Shown here: positions 25,901-37,424 of the stretch, piece after piece
Layout of the letters: each line of letters opens with the position of its first letter
Position numbering within the stretch: position 1 is the stretch's first letter
Assembly (NCBI GenBank): GCA_964016885.1
Contig: OZ024742.1
Span: forward strand, 184,450,001-184,514,000
Reading direction: 5' to 3'
DNA length: 64,000 nucleotides
Source: Eledone cirrhosa
Lineage: Eukaryota
Position numbers and translations under genes: made by a program
Notes under the pieces: generated by a model
Seen by the model: only the letters and a program-made list of their open reading frames with translations
Database searches by the model: none
Told to the model about the DNA's origin: nothing

Positions 25901-27147
25901 GTTTAGAGCAATGATAAAGAGGAATAGGGTAACTCCTGCTGAGATGTCAAAGAACTCTGTTGGACCATCAGGGGTGAGGATGGTGGCACTTGTGTTGAGA
26001 TACAGAGCCTTGATTGCTTCCACAAGTCTTGCTGGGATGCCATACAAGGGTAGCATTTCAAAAAAGCTTTTCTAAAGTCAACAAAAACTAGAGCCATTTG
26101 TCTGTTGGAGTTTCTCATCTCTTCCACTATTCTTCTCAAGGCCAAAATCTGCGCAAGTGTAGATCTACCACGCCTAAAACCGTTTAGACTGATGCGAAGG
26201 ATTGGATCAACATATGCATGGCTCTCGCCAATGAAATAACTGGCAGAAAAGAGAAACCTTCACCCATCATCAAAAGAGGCTCTCCAGAAGCTAGGAAAAA
26301 GAGCTGGATTGACCACTTCAAGGGTCTACTGGGTCTACATTCCCAGTAGAAAGCAATCTCCCAGTGTCTGTGGTGTCACCTGAACTTGGCATCTCCACTG
26401 GACTTTTCATTTTGAGTGAGATCAACCAGGTGATCAAAACACTTGAAAACAAAAAATCACCTGGTCTCATACCCAGCATAATTTAGAAAGACCCAAACCT
26501 TTCTTCAGTCCTATTATCAATCTGTAACAACACCTTAAGCAACAAAACTCTTCCAACAAATTGGTTAAAAGCAGACATAGTTCCTGACCCCCCAAAAGGT
26601 GACCTCTCATCCCCCCAAAACTACTGAGGAATATCACTTATGTCCATTGCTGCCAAGATCTACAAGCTAATCCTCAACCAACTAAATAGCCTGGGAGTCT
26701 ATTTTACCGCAACCGGCTACATAGCCTCTTCCAAATTTTAACAAGAATATATTTATATAATATTTCCACACAATCACTCAAAGTACTTATTACATATATT
26801 TATTGTACATACTCAAAAGTGAAGTGATCTGCAGCTCTCTAAAATGACCGCACTCTTGAAATATTACTGAAATAGCCATAAAAACACAAACACCAACTCA
26901 TAAAGTTTGTTGAGTGTGATTTGGTAGAGGCAATAACAATATCACAACATTGACATGAATAAGCAAGTAATGAGAAAAATGTTATTTATTTATATTTATT
27001 TATTTATCTATTTATTTATTTAATAAGGTGTTGTAGTTTTTTGGGCATAACTACACTTTAATAGTCTTATCCATGACTTTTATTTCCACATAACTAAGTA
27101 TAAGGATATATAGAATGAAAGTAAAAGTAGAGTTATATATTTTTTTT

Positions 27148-27461
27148 TCATTTTACGTCCACTTTTTCCCTGCTTGCAAGGGTGGGATGGGAACTGATTC
27201 TGGCTTGATTTCTACAGCTAGATGCCCTTCCTAACATCAACCTCATTTACAGTGAGTGCTGGGTGCTTTTTTGCTGTGGCACCTCCACGACCACTTTGCA
27301 GTGGAATGATATGGACTCCTGTCCCTATCATCTCATTTCTACAGCAGAGTAAACTGGAGCAATGTGAAATAAAATGTCTTGCTCAAGGAAACAACACATC
27401 ACCCGGTCTGAGAGTTGAACTCACAACCTTTCAATTGCAAGGCCAATGCTCTAACCACTGA

Positions 27462-27465
<4 letters not shown>
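27148..27465 (-). mobile_element. tRNA-headed SINE
   Basis: Reverse has an A box (tggctcagtggttagagc), a B box (gagttcaactc), a ccttgagcaagaca core and an RTE-like tail. A second copy is at 51510-51846. Confidence 0.8.
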
Positions 27466-27492
<27 letters not shown>

Positions 27493-27493
<1 letters not shown>

Positions 27494-29287
27494 CGCTCTT
27501 TTCATTGTACGACAACTACAGGAGAAGTACCTAGCTAAAAGTAAACCCCTATACTTAGCTTTCGTCGACTTGGAGAAAGCCTTCGACAGAGTCCCCCGTT
27601 CCATTATCTGGTGGTCTCTTAGAAAACTAGGTGTTGACGAATGGCTTGTGAGAGCTATACAAGCCATGTATAAAGAAACAGTCAGTAAGGTTAGAAATAA
27701 CAACGAATATAGTGAAGAGTTTAGCGTAAAAGTTGGTGTCCATCAGGGCTCTGTTCTTAGCCCCCTACTATTTATTATTGCCCTTCAGGCTATAACAGAG
27801 GAGTTCAAGACCGGCTGCCCATGGGAACTCCTATACGCAGATGATCTAACGCTCATAGCTGAATCAATGACCGAACTAGAGAAGAAATTCCAAACATGGA
27901 AGCACGGCCTAGAATCAAAAGGCCTTAAAATTAACCTGGCTAAGACTAAAGTTCTAGTTTGTAGGAAAGAAAATAAGGCGGCAGTCCCATCTGGGAAATG
28001 GCCATGCTCAGTGTGTAGGAAAGGCGTAGGTAGAAACTCCATTTTATGTCCCAAATGCAAAGTATGGGTGCATAAAAGATGTAGTGGGATCACAGGTAAG
28101 CTAACTAAGAACATAGATTTTACATGTGGCCGGTGCTCTGGGGCAATAAGTAGCAGCAAGTGCCCACAAAATACTAGCTCCTTCAACTGCGCAGAGGGTT
28201 CTATAGAAATAGTGGACAGCTTCCGTTACCTGGGTGACAAAATCAGCAGTGGGGGAGGGTGCTCTGAAAGTACAGTAGCTAGAGTCAGAACTGGATGGAA
28301 AAAGTTCAGACAGCTTATACCACTATTAGCCGCTAGAGGGTTCTCCCTAAAAATGAAAGGCAGGTTATACGATGCCTGCATACGAACAGCAATGCTGCAT
28401 GGCAGTGAGACCTGGGCATTGTGTGCAGAGGATATACGCAGACTAGAGAGGAACGAAGCTTGCATGATCCGCTGGATGTGCAATAGTAATATACGTGAAC
28501 GGCAAAGCATAAACGAACTAAGGAAAAAATTAGAAATAAGAGGGATCAGATGTTGTTTACTCGAGAGAAGGCTACGTTGGTACGGTCACGTGATGCGCAT
28601 GAAAGACGACAGCTGTATAACAAAGTGCAGGGCAATAAAGATAGACGGTAGCCACGGAGTAGGCAGACCCAGAAAAACATGGGACGAGCTGATAAATTCC
28701 GACCTCACACGCTTACACCTCTCCAAGACAATGTCACTGGACCGAGACCTTTGGCGGTACTCAGTAATAGAGAAGACCCGCCTTACCTAAATACAAAGTA
28801 AAAACCTACTACAGTCAGTAGGCATCTCTATCAACCCCCCCCCCGTCCCACCACCTCCACCCCATCCACACCGCCCCTTTCAATGTAAAGTTATGTTGGT
28901 CCCACAACATCCAGGCCAAAACAAATGAGATCGTGTAGGTGTCACGACAAAAAAACACAGTCCACGCTGTAAATGTGGCCGTGTAGGCAACACGGTAAAA
29001 ACCTCCCAGCCCCACACTGTAAATGTGGTTGGTGTTAGGAAGGGCATCCAGCTGTAGAAAACCCGCCAGACAGTCCACGCTGTAATGTGGCCGTGTAGGC
29101 AACACGGTAAAAACCTCCCAGCCCCACACTGTAAATGTGGTTGGTGTTAGGAAGGGCATCCAACTGTAGAAAACCCGCCAGACAGTCCTATGCGAGCAAG
29201 ACAACCACTCTTGCCTCAAGTGGGAAAACCCCCGTCCAAACCCATGCAAGCGTGGAACACGGACGCTAAACCTGATGATGATGATGA

Positions 29288-29290
<3 letters not shown>
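27493..29290 (+). mobile_element. Young 5'-truncated RTE LINE inserted in (TA)n
   Basis: Uninterrupted RT frame, a 3' UTR with a ~113 bp tandem duplication, a (GAT)n tail and (TA)n on both sides. Confidence 0.93.
27495..28790 (+). CDS. RTE reverse transcriptase, C-terminal part (frame open from the truncation point)
   Basis: FVDLEKAFDRV, GVHQGSVLSPLLF, LLYADDL, FRYLG and RRLRWYGHV, with an embedded Cys-rich C4HC3 motif. Confidence 0.9.
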   Translation, partial: ALFIVRQLQEKYLAKSKPLYLAFVDLEKAFDRVPRSIIWWSLRKLGVDEWLVRAIQAMYKETVSKVRNNNEYSEEFSVKVGVHQGSVLSPLLFIIALQAITEEFKTGCPWELLYADDLTLIAESMTELEKKFQTWKHGLESKGLKINLAKTKVLVCRKENKAAVPSGKWPCSVCRKGVGRNSILCPKCKVWVHKRCSGITGKLTKNIDFTCGRCSGAISSSKCPQNTSSFNCAEGSIEIVDSFRYLGDKISSGGGCSESTVARVRTGWKKFRQLIPLLAARGFSLKMKGRLYDACIRTAMLHGSETWALCAEDIRRLERNEACMIRWMCNSNIRERQSINELRKKLEIRGIRCCLLERRLRWYGHVMRMKDDSCITKCRAIKIDGSHGVGRPRKTWDELINSDLTRLHLSKTMSLDRDLWRYSVIEKTRLT

Positions 29291-29352
<62 letters not shown>

Positions 29353-29356
<4 letters not shown>

Positions 29357-29713
29357 TATGTATGTATACGTACATACATATATGTATACAGACGTACAGT
29401 AGCATGCATATATATATATATATATACACATATATACATACAGGTACACATACATATATGCACGCATCAGTTTAGCGGACGCTTATTATAACGCCGCTTT
29501 GTTCGTTTGTAAACAAACTGAACAGCCTGAATTTATGCCATACGGTGTTAAGGCAACCACGTCACCCTTTTGTTCAACACTGACACAGGAACGATGTACT
29601 AGTTTCAAGCTTGTTAGCTATCATCAGCACCGTATACCCATCTGCCAGATAGTTGAACGTTCGAAAGTATATACTTTCCTTATGAAAATTAACGGCTGAG
29701 CAGCCTAATTTGC

Positions 29714-29714
<1 letters not shown>
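29353..29714 (-). mobile_element. Non-coding HHR-bearing repeat (retrozyme or PLE pseudo-LTR-like)
   Basis: Homologous in reverse to 56303-56640. Bounded by (TA)n on both sides. Confidence 0.75.
29592..29632 (-). ncRNA. Minimal type I hammerhead ribozyme
   Basis: cggtg-CTGATGA-t agct aaca agct t-GAAA-ctag-TA-catcg. Confidence 0.85.
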
Positions 29715-29972
<258 letters not shown>

Positions 29973-30101
29973 ATGCAATGAAATATCTATGATCGTCGGC
30001 AAATCACTGATGAGGGACTCATTTTATTACATGTTATCCATGTGCAACCTGCAGTATTCTTCTCCCCATTTTTTCATATATATATATATATATAAACATA
30101 T

Positions 30102-30168
<67 letters not shown>

Positions 30169-30204
30169 GGTGTTAAAGTTTGCTTGAAGCATTGTGAAAT
30201 ATGT

Positions 30205-30639
30205 AAAATATGTAGTTTAGAAAGCCACAACAATGCAGATGGGAAATCTCGAGGTAAGAAGTGAGTGAGAAATAGGAGAAAAGTGAAAATTGAGAGAAAC
30301 GAAAAAGGAAAACAAAACAAAGGTAGAAGGGTTACCGCAGTGGAGATTTAATCCCAATATTTCGGGCCCACGCCCATCAACGGGGGAAAGTTTCAAGGGG
30401 GGGGGGGGGGGGGAACAGGCTAAGCCTGCTTAGCCTGTTCCTCCCCTTTTGGAACTTTCCCCCGTTGATGGGCGTGGGCCCGAAATATTGGGATTAAATC
30501 TCCACTGCGGTAACCCTTCTACCTTTGTTTTGTTTTCCTTTTTCGTTTCTCTCAATTTTCACTTTTCTCCTATTTCTCACTCACTTCTTACCTCGAGATT
30601 TCCCATCTGCATTGTTGTGGCTTTCTAAACTACATATTT

Positions 30640-30640
<1 letters not shown>
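30205..30640. repeat. Long palindrome (~215 bp arms, 2 nt spacer)
   Basis: Centre is aacaggctaagc-ct-gcttagcctgtt. The arms differ only near the G-run. Confidence 0.95.
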
Positions 30641-30722
<82 letters not shown>

Positions 30723-30776
30723 AACGAGTAGGACCCCAACGGCTGAGCTCAAGCCGTTTCGATATATATATATATA

Positions 30777-32060
30777 CGAGGGGGGATCAAAAAGTTTGCA
30801 GAATTTTTCAGAAAATATTCTATTTTCAAAAAATATGATTTAGCTTCAATTCATTTTTCTACATAGTTGCCATCCAGGTCAATACACTTCACAAAGCGAT
30901 GCTTCCGTCTCTAAAAAAAGTTGAAGGCCTTGTTCGAAGCCATGTGTTGGCAGTGTTTTTAGCTTCTTCAATACCACTAAAACGGGTTCCTTTTAGCATT
31001 TCTTTGAGTTTTGGAAAGAGGAAAAAGTCTGATGGGGCTAAATCTGGACTATAAGGCGGGTGAGGAAGCACTTCCCGTCGAAATTCTCGAAGAACTTCTT
31101 TTGCAACCCACGCAGAATGCGCTGGTGCATTGTCATGGTCAAACAAGTTTCCCTTTTCGTTTCTTGACTAATGCCTCTTTCAGTTTCCTTAAAACATTTG
31201 CATAGTAAGCTCTTGTCACAGTTCTTTGACCTTCAAGATAATCTATTAGTATCACCCCATCTGAGTCCCAGAAAATGGTGGCCATCACTTTTATATCCGA
31301 CTTTTGAGATTTGAACTTGATTGGCCCCGATGATCCACGCGGAAGCCACTGTTTTGACTGCTGTTTGGATTCAGGATCATACTGGTAGATCCAGGTTTCA
31401 TCTCCGGTGATGATTCTGGTCAGGAAATGCTCTTCATCAACTTCAACTTTGTTTACTATCGCCAAAGACAGATCACTTTGAAGAATCAGCTGATCAGGGC
31501 GCAACGCTTTTGGGACCCATCGCACTGAAAGCTTGCTTAGTCCCAAATTATCGTGCAGAATTGAATTTGCCGAACCATATGAAATGTCTAGGGACTTAGC
31601 TAACTGATTAACTGTTATTCTTCGATCTTCTTCAATTAAAGTCTGAGCAGCCTCAACGTTTGGTCATTTTTTGATGTTCCTAGTCTTCCACTGCGATGGT
31701 TGTCTTCAAGTTCGTCTCTCCCTTGTTTGAATCGCTGAATCCACTTGTAGACACCAGTTTTCTTTGGAGCAGTAGTACCGTAAACTTTAACTAAAGCCTC
31801 CATAATCTGTGTCCCTTTCTATTTGAGTTTCACCAGAAACTTGATATTCGATCTTATCTCAAAATAACTATTTTCCATTGTTCCAAACAGAGTTTTTTTT
31901 TAAGTGTGTCAATACTGTACAATAGTCCGCGCATGACTGACTGCAAGTGACTAATAGCAAGGTAAACACCCAGTGACAATGTTCTGACATGTTTAATATT
32001 GTTTTAACCTATTTTTTTCTTACTCCGATAAAATTCCGCGAACTTTTTGATCCCCCCTCG
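30777..32060 (-). mobile_element. Full-length mariner transposon
   Basis: TIRs cgaggggggatcaaaaagtt / aactttttgatcccccctcg flanked by TA. Length about 1.28 kb. Confidence 0.95.
30851..31878 (-). pseudogene. Mariner DD34D transposase, frameshifted
   Basis: MENSYFEIRSNIKFLVKL, RWVPKAL, TGDETW, HDNAPAH and YSPDLAPSDFFLF, split across frames. Confidence 0.93.
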
Positions 32061-32928
32061 TATATATATATCTGTTAGAACACGAAAAGTGTGAAACAAC
32101 AGAATGTTCACTTTTCGTGTTCTAATAACATATATGCCTAACTTCTTCATAAATTTTCCCGGGATAGCCGTGGTGGTGGTGATCGTATGTCATTGGCTAA
32201 TTTTCAACCAATCAGAGTAAGTGTTGATATATATATATATATATATATATACTATTCCCCCTCTCTCTATATATATCTTACGCTTTCGCTTTACACTCCT
32301 CCCCTTCAATAACACATTTCCCCCTCTCTATATATCTCTTCCACTGTTACTTACGCCTGTTTCTCTCTATCTGTTCCGTCTTTATATATATCTCTCTTAC
32401 TCTTTCGCTTTGCACTCCTCCCCTTCAATACCATCTCTCCCCCTCTCTATATATTTGTTACTCTATCGCTGCACGCTCCTCTCCTTCAATATATCAATTA
32501 CACACGCTTTACACTCCTTTATCCCCAGCGCCCCTATATATATATACCCCCCCCCCCTCCCGCATCTATATTTTAATGTTCCGTTGCACCGTGAATATAT
32601 GTGTCTATATATATATACATATATATTGTATATACACATTCATGTATGTGTATACACACTCATGTATGTATATACACTGGTTTTATGTGTATATTGTAAA
32701 TTTGTACTGTTAAAACACGAAACTAACATTCGATTGACACTTTGATTACCTGTACAGGCAATAGTTATTAGAATGCTGTTGAAGTGTGTATATATTTTGG
32801 GGGGACATCCTGTATATACACACATTATATATAATACAATAAACAGATAAATACACACATATATATATGAGCTTATTTAATTATAAATATTGTGAATTTT
32901 TAACTCAGTTCAATTATATATATAAATG

Positions 32929-32972
32929 GCTTCTACAGGACTAGAACTGTTTCATTCGAAAGAAATCATCAT
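32929..32972 (-). ncRNA. 5'-clipped hammerhead ribozyme, homolog of 213-263
   Basis: Reverse reads aTGATGA-tttctttcgaat-GAAA-cag ttctagtc ctg-TA-gaagc. Confidence 0.6.
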
Positions 32973-33585
32973 AATATTGAGAGGGGGGACTAGATAAAAT
33001 ATTTCAAATCAAATGTGTATAAGTTATAAGTTAAAATGTATAAATAGAGACGATAGTGGAGGTATATCTGTTTAGTGGCACAGTAGACGATAGAATTAAA
33101 TACAGACGAGAATCTCCCTTTAATGAAACAGCAGACGATAGAATTAAGGCAATTTAAATTTTAAGCATTTGCATTTCATCGTTACGGGGTCGATAAAATA
33201 AAGTACCAGTAATACACTGTCACTATAAGTAGACGACTTTCAAATTGAATTGTTGGTTCCATTTCTTTAGTATTTTCAATTGTAGTTATCTACTTAAAAA
33301 GCGTTACACGGTTAGAGACATAATTGGTAAGTTATATCTTCCCTATTAAACCATTGCATTATTTCGCCTACAATAGAACAAAAATGAAATGTTCTTTAAA
33401 GAAACAGGAATATAACTTTATAAAAAAAAAAGTTGCATCCGCTTCTTTTATCATTGATAATTTTTTCGTTTTAATATTAATTGTTTTTTGTAGTTGTTTA
33501 TATTAAAAATCTTACTGTAATATTTACTTAAACGAAGGCAGACATCTAAACTTATAGATTAATCTTGAGCGAAGGACTAGATAAA

Positions 33586-33624
<39 letters not shown>

Positions 33625-33658
33625 TATTATTATGTAATAAACAACATAAGGCAATTAT

Positions 33659-33716
33659 TCTATTTACCAGTGGTTTCTTAAAAGCAAAAGGTTTTGCTTT
33701 CAATCCTCAGAATGAA
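33659..33716 (-). ncRNA. Type I hammerhead ribozyme (inverted copy of 34323)
   Basis: Same core as 34323, with one stem I substitution (aataga). Confidence 0.75.
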
Positions 33717-34322
33717 AAATCCTGGTTTGTTTATTGAATATGGATTCTAAAAACAAAAATGCAATCTATATGAAAGTGAAGCTGGAAAAGGGAGAAGGAA
33801 AGGAAAAATAAAATAAAATAAAACTACACATGCAAACACACACAAAAAAACACAAAAGCATACTTACACACACACACATATATACACATATAATTTGCAC
33901 GCATACACATATACACATACACACATATATAATATATATATTATATTATGGAAAAGGGAGAAGGAAAGGAAAAATAAAATAAAATAAAACTACACATGCA
34001 AACACACACAAAAAAACACAAAAGCATACTTACACACACACACATATATACACATATAATTTGCACGCATACACATATACACATACACACATATATAATA
34101 TATATATTATATATGTGTGTATGTGTATATGTGTATGCGTGCAAATTATATGTGTATATATGTGTGTGTGTGTAAGTATGCTTTTGTGTTTTTTTGTGTG
34201 TGTTTGCATGTGTAGTTTTATTTTATTTTATTTTTCCTTTCCTTCTCCCTTTTCCAGCCTCACTTTCATATAGATTGCATTTTTGTTTTTAGAATCCATA
34301 TTCAATAAACAAACCAGGATTT

Positions 34323-34380
34323 TTCATTCTGAGGATTGAAAGCAAAACCTTTTGCTTTTAAGAAACCACTGGTAAATGGA
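34323..34380 (+). ncRNA. Type I hammerhead ribozyme
   Basis: ttcatt-CTGAGGA-ttgaaagcaaaa cc ttttgcttttaa-GAAA-cca c tgg-TA-aatgga. All three stems pair. Confidence 0.88.
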
Positions 34381-34506
34381 ATAATTGCCTTATGTTGTTT
34401 ATTACATAATAATAATAATTAAGCTCTGTTGCTTACATAGAGCACTCTTTTTTCCTGGACTTTTCCGATGGAATTACTTCATTTACACATATATATATAT
34501 ATATAT

Positions 34507-34720
34507 AAACGAAGAATGATAACATTTCAAGCAAAGAGTTTAATTAGGTAATGACTTACAAATTTGTTTCAGCATATATTTAATATAATATTAATATATT
34601 TTGTAATATTATTAACTAATTATTATAATTAGCGCTTCAGGCTTTGTCTATATACTGAAACAAATTTGTAAGTCATTACCTAATTAAACTCTTTGCTTGA
34701 AATTTTATCACTCTTCGTTT
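34507..34720. repeat. Inverted repeat (~72 bp arms) containing an HHR 3' half
   Basis: Arms at 34507-34578 and 34649-34720. GAAA-caaatttg-TA at 34657-34670. Confidence 0.8.
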
Positions 34721-34808
34721 TGAATTTCTCCTAAGTATTCAATACTCTGTTGAGAAATACATTTTACATAAACAGTCTTTGTACCATTTATACGGTATTA
34801 ATTACTTA

Positions 34809-34843
<35 letters not shown>

Positions 34844-34903
34844 CGTATGAACCGCCAAGTAGCGAGGTATCACTGTATATATGTTTAAATATATAGTGTA
34901 GCT

Positions 34904-35368
34904 GTGATGTATCTCGCGAGTGAATCGAGACCTGTCACTGATTTTGGTGTCCCCCCTGCCGATGTGAATGAGCAACGCTGCACTTGTGAATTGGGTCTTG
35001 ATGTTGCAGGCAGTTCATATACTTACAATGATGCGGTCCCACAAGCTTGTTCACATTCCTGTGCTAATAATCTAGATGGGCGTATTAAATTGGATGTGAA
35101 AGCAGCTTACCGGATGCGGAATCGGGAGAAGTTGAGACAAAAACAGGCCGATTATAGAGCTGTGAATTTTGCTAAATTAACACAAAAACAGGCCAAGTAT
35201 AGATGTTCAAAACGGTATGAGTTGGCAAACAAGCAGGCCAAGTATAGATCTGCAAATTCAGCTATTATATCTCAAAAGCAAGCCGAGCGTAGAGCTTCTA
35301 AACGTACCGAGTTGGCTAAAGAACAGACCAAGTACAGATCTGCAAATATCTTATTGCACAAACAATAA
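34904..35368 (+). pseudogene. ORF with 15-aa KQAKYR repeats, possibly the N-terminus of a Helitron-type protein
   Basis: Six or seven repeats of about 45 nt encode KQAxYR. Similar basic repeats precede Helitron Rep domains (inference). Confidence 0.4.
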
Positions 35369-35574
35369 TTCTGCACAAATGTTGCTCCATTATTAGATCT
35401 AATGTTGCAACGATACAGTTAAATGTTGTCTGTGTATTTTAAAAAAGATTTGCTTATAATCTTTTCAAATTTCATTACGCCAATGATTCAAGCTCAAATT
35501 GACATTATCTAAAAAATTGTACAAACAGCGGTGGATTAGCAGTAGTGAACAGATAAATCAGTCAATTTATTAAG

Positions 35575-36232
35575 ATTGACTTGGCATCAATCAGCAAGAC
35601 CTTCATTAGCTGCTCTCCAGCCATCTATTTAAAGCTGTATACATCTATGGTACGAATACACTTGGAGTTCGCGTCATCAGTCTGGAACCCCTATCTTGCT
35701 CAGAACATTGACCTCCTGGAAACTGTTCAGAGACATGCAACCAAGCGCATACCCTCCATCAGACACCTACCATACCCTGAATATTTTGCTTCCCTCTGGC
35801 AATGGACTTGGTAAACACCCACAAAGTTATTAACCATCCGACCAATAACAACCCCGAACACCTTTTTGATCTCCATGTGTCTAACACGTGGACATGCCTA
35901 CAAAGTCAGAAAACAACACAGCTCCCATGACTTTAGGAAATATTTCTTCATGCTCAGAGTTGCTGAATGATGGAACAAACTTCCTGCATCAGTTGTTAGC
36001 TGATGACACACTGCATCCTTTAAAACCATCATACATTCCGAAATACACCAAAACTACACCTGATGTCCCCCTTCCATACACATGCACATATGTGTATATC
36101 ATGACTCATGCACTGTTCTTTTTTCATGACGTTTTTATATTACCCTATGTATTATATATGCACTTTTGATGAGTTGTAGTGCACCTCAGCATTGTACACA
36201 ATATTTTCATTATTATTATCATTATTATTATT
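35575..36232 (+). mobile_element. CR1/L2-like LINE 3' fragment
   Basis: LYTSMVRIHLEFASSVWNPY..LETVQRHATK and TRGH, with an (ATT)n tail. Confidence 0.88.
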
Positions 36233-37424
36233 ACACTCATTGATCCATTTTGCACTAACTCTGCATGAAGCACCCTCACCTAAATATTAACCAATCAAGG
36301 ATCCAATACAGCTATCTGTTGGATGAGTATTGTATAGTGCCAAAAACGAAACCAATCAGTTTAGCAGAAAGTTTCCAGACAAGAAACACGCATATTTTGC
36401 TATCCTCAAACACGTTTACACATGGCATGAAATATAACTAATCCGAGATGGCTAGGTTTCATCTTCTAACTGGATATACGAAATCCATTATGTCTTGACA
36501 ACAACATGAGGTAACATTATGTTATTCACAGACACACTTTGTACACTGTTCCATATCAGAATGTATTTCCTTCGTCACATTCACAAACAGTATTGAAAAT
36601 ATGTTCTTCGGCAAATAAAAATGTTTTGTTCATAATATTTCAACTAGCGATTGCTCTACTCCACGCACGACCACCATAAATTAATGACCAGCTCAACACA
36701 AGTATTGGTAGAGCGTCAGACACCATGCTTTGCAGTATAGTTATGGTCCTTTGCATTCTAAGTTCAAATCCTGCCGAGGTTAACTTCGACTTTCATACTT
36801 ACTAATTCGATAAAATAAAGTACCAGTAATGGACTGCCGTAATGGATTTGTGCCGAAAAATAGAAACACTATTAATGTGCAATAAGAGCAAAATATAACG
36901 ACATTGCTCAATTATTTTATCTAATGTTGTAATAACACAAGGAAATGTTGTTTGTGTATTTTTTTTTATATTTGCTCATAGGCTTTTACAATTTCGCTCA
37001 GCCAACAACTATTAAAAAGTGAGTTGCTTAAGATAACAATTTAATCACAAATTGTTGCTATCTTTTAATACACTCCAACAAGTCATCAAATTATGTACAA
37101 TAAAAACAAATCTTATTAATTTGCTCAGGGAATATAAAGAAAATGTATATACACTGATAATTGCAATTGTATGTAAATGTTTTGTTTTTGTATTGTTTAT
37201 TTTATGTTTTCTATTATGTATAATATATTGATTTAATATTGATTGTTTTTTGTAGTTGTTTATATTAAAAGTCTGAAAATATTTTTATACATCTTACACT
37301 AATATTTATAAGATAATTTATAATAACAATTACATAATCTAATTACATTACAACGATAATTTATTATTAATATATATCCTGTTTAACTAGAGTTATTACA
37401 AGCGTTGCCTTAAAAGAATATTAA

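Larger units (their letters stand above)
24440..26681 (-). mobile_element. RTE-like LINE with inverted 5' segment
   Basis: Minus strand 24440-26215 carries NGFRRGRST, FVDFRKAF, LDFADDIALL and FVGHCY. Plus strand 26216-26681 carries KKSPG, KGDLSSPQNY-GISLMSIAAKIY. TSD is ctaaat. Confidence 0.85.
33623..34418. repeat. Fold-back element with an HHR in each arm and an internal tandem duplication
   Basis: Arm 33623-33945, duplicate segment 33948-34105 and inverted arm about 34106-34418. Confidence 0.92.

Noticed and set aside
27390-27465. tRNA gene
   Set aside because: A and B boxes are present, but there is no complete cloverleaf and it continues into a SINE body. It is a SINE head.
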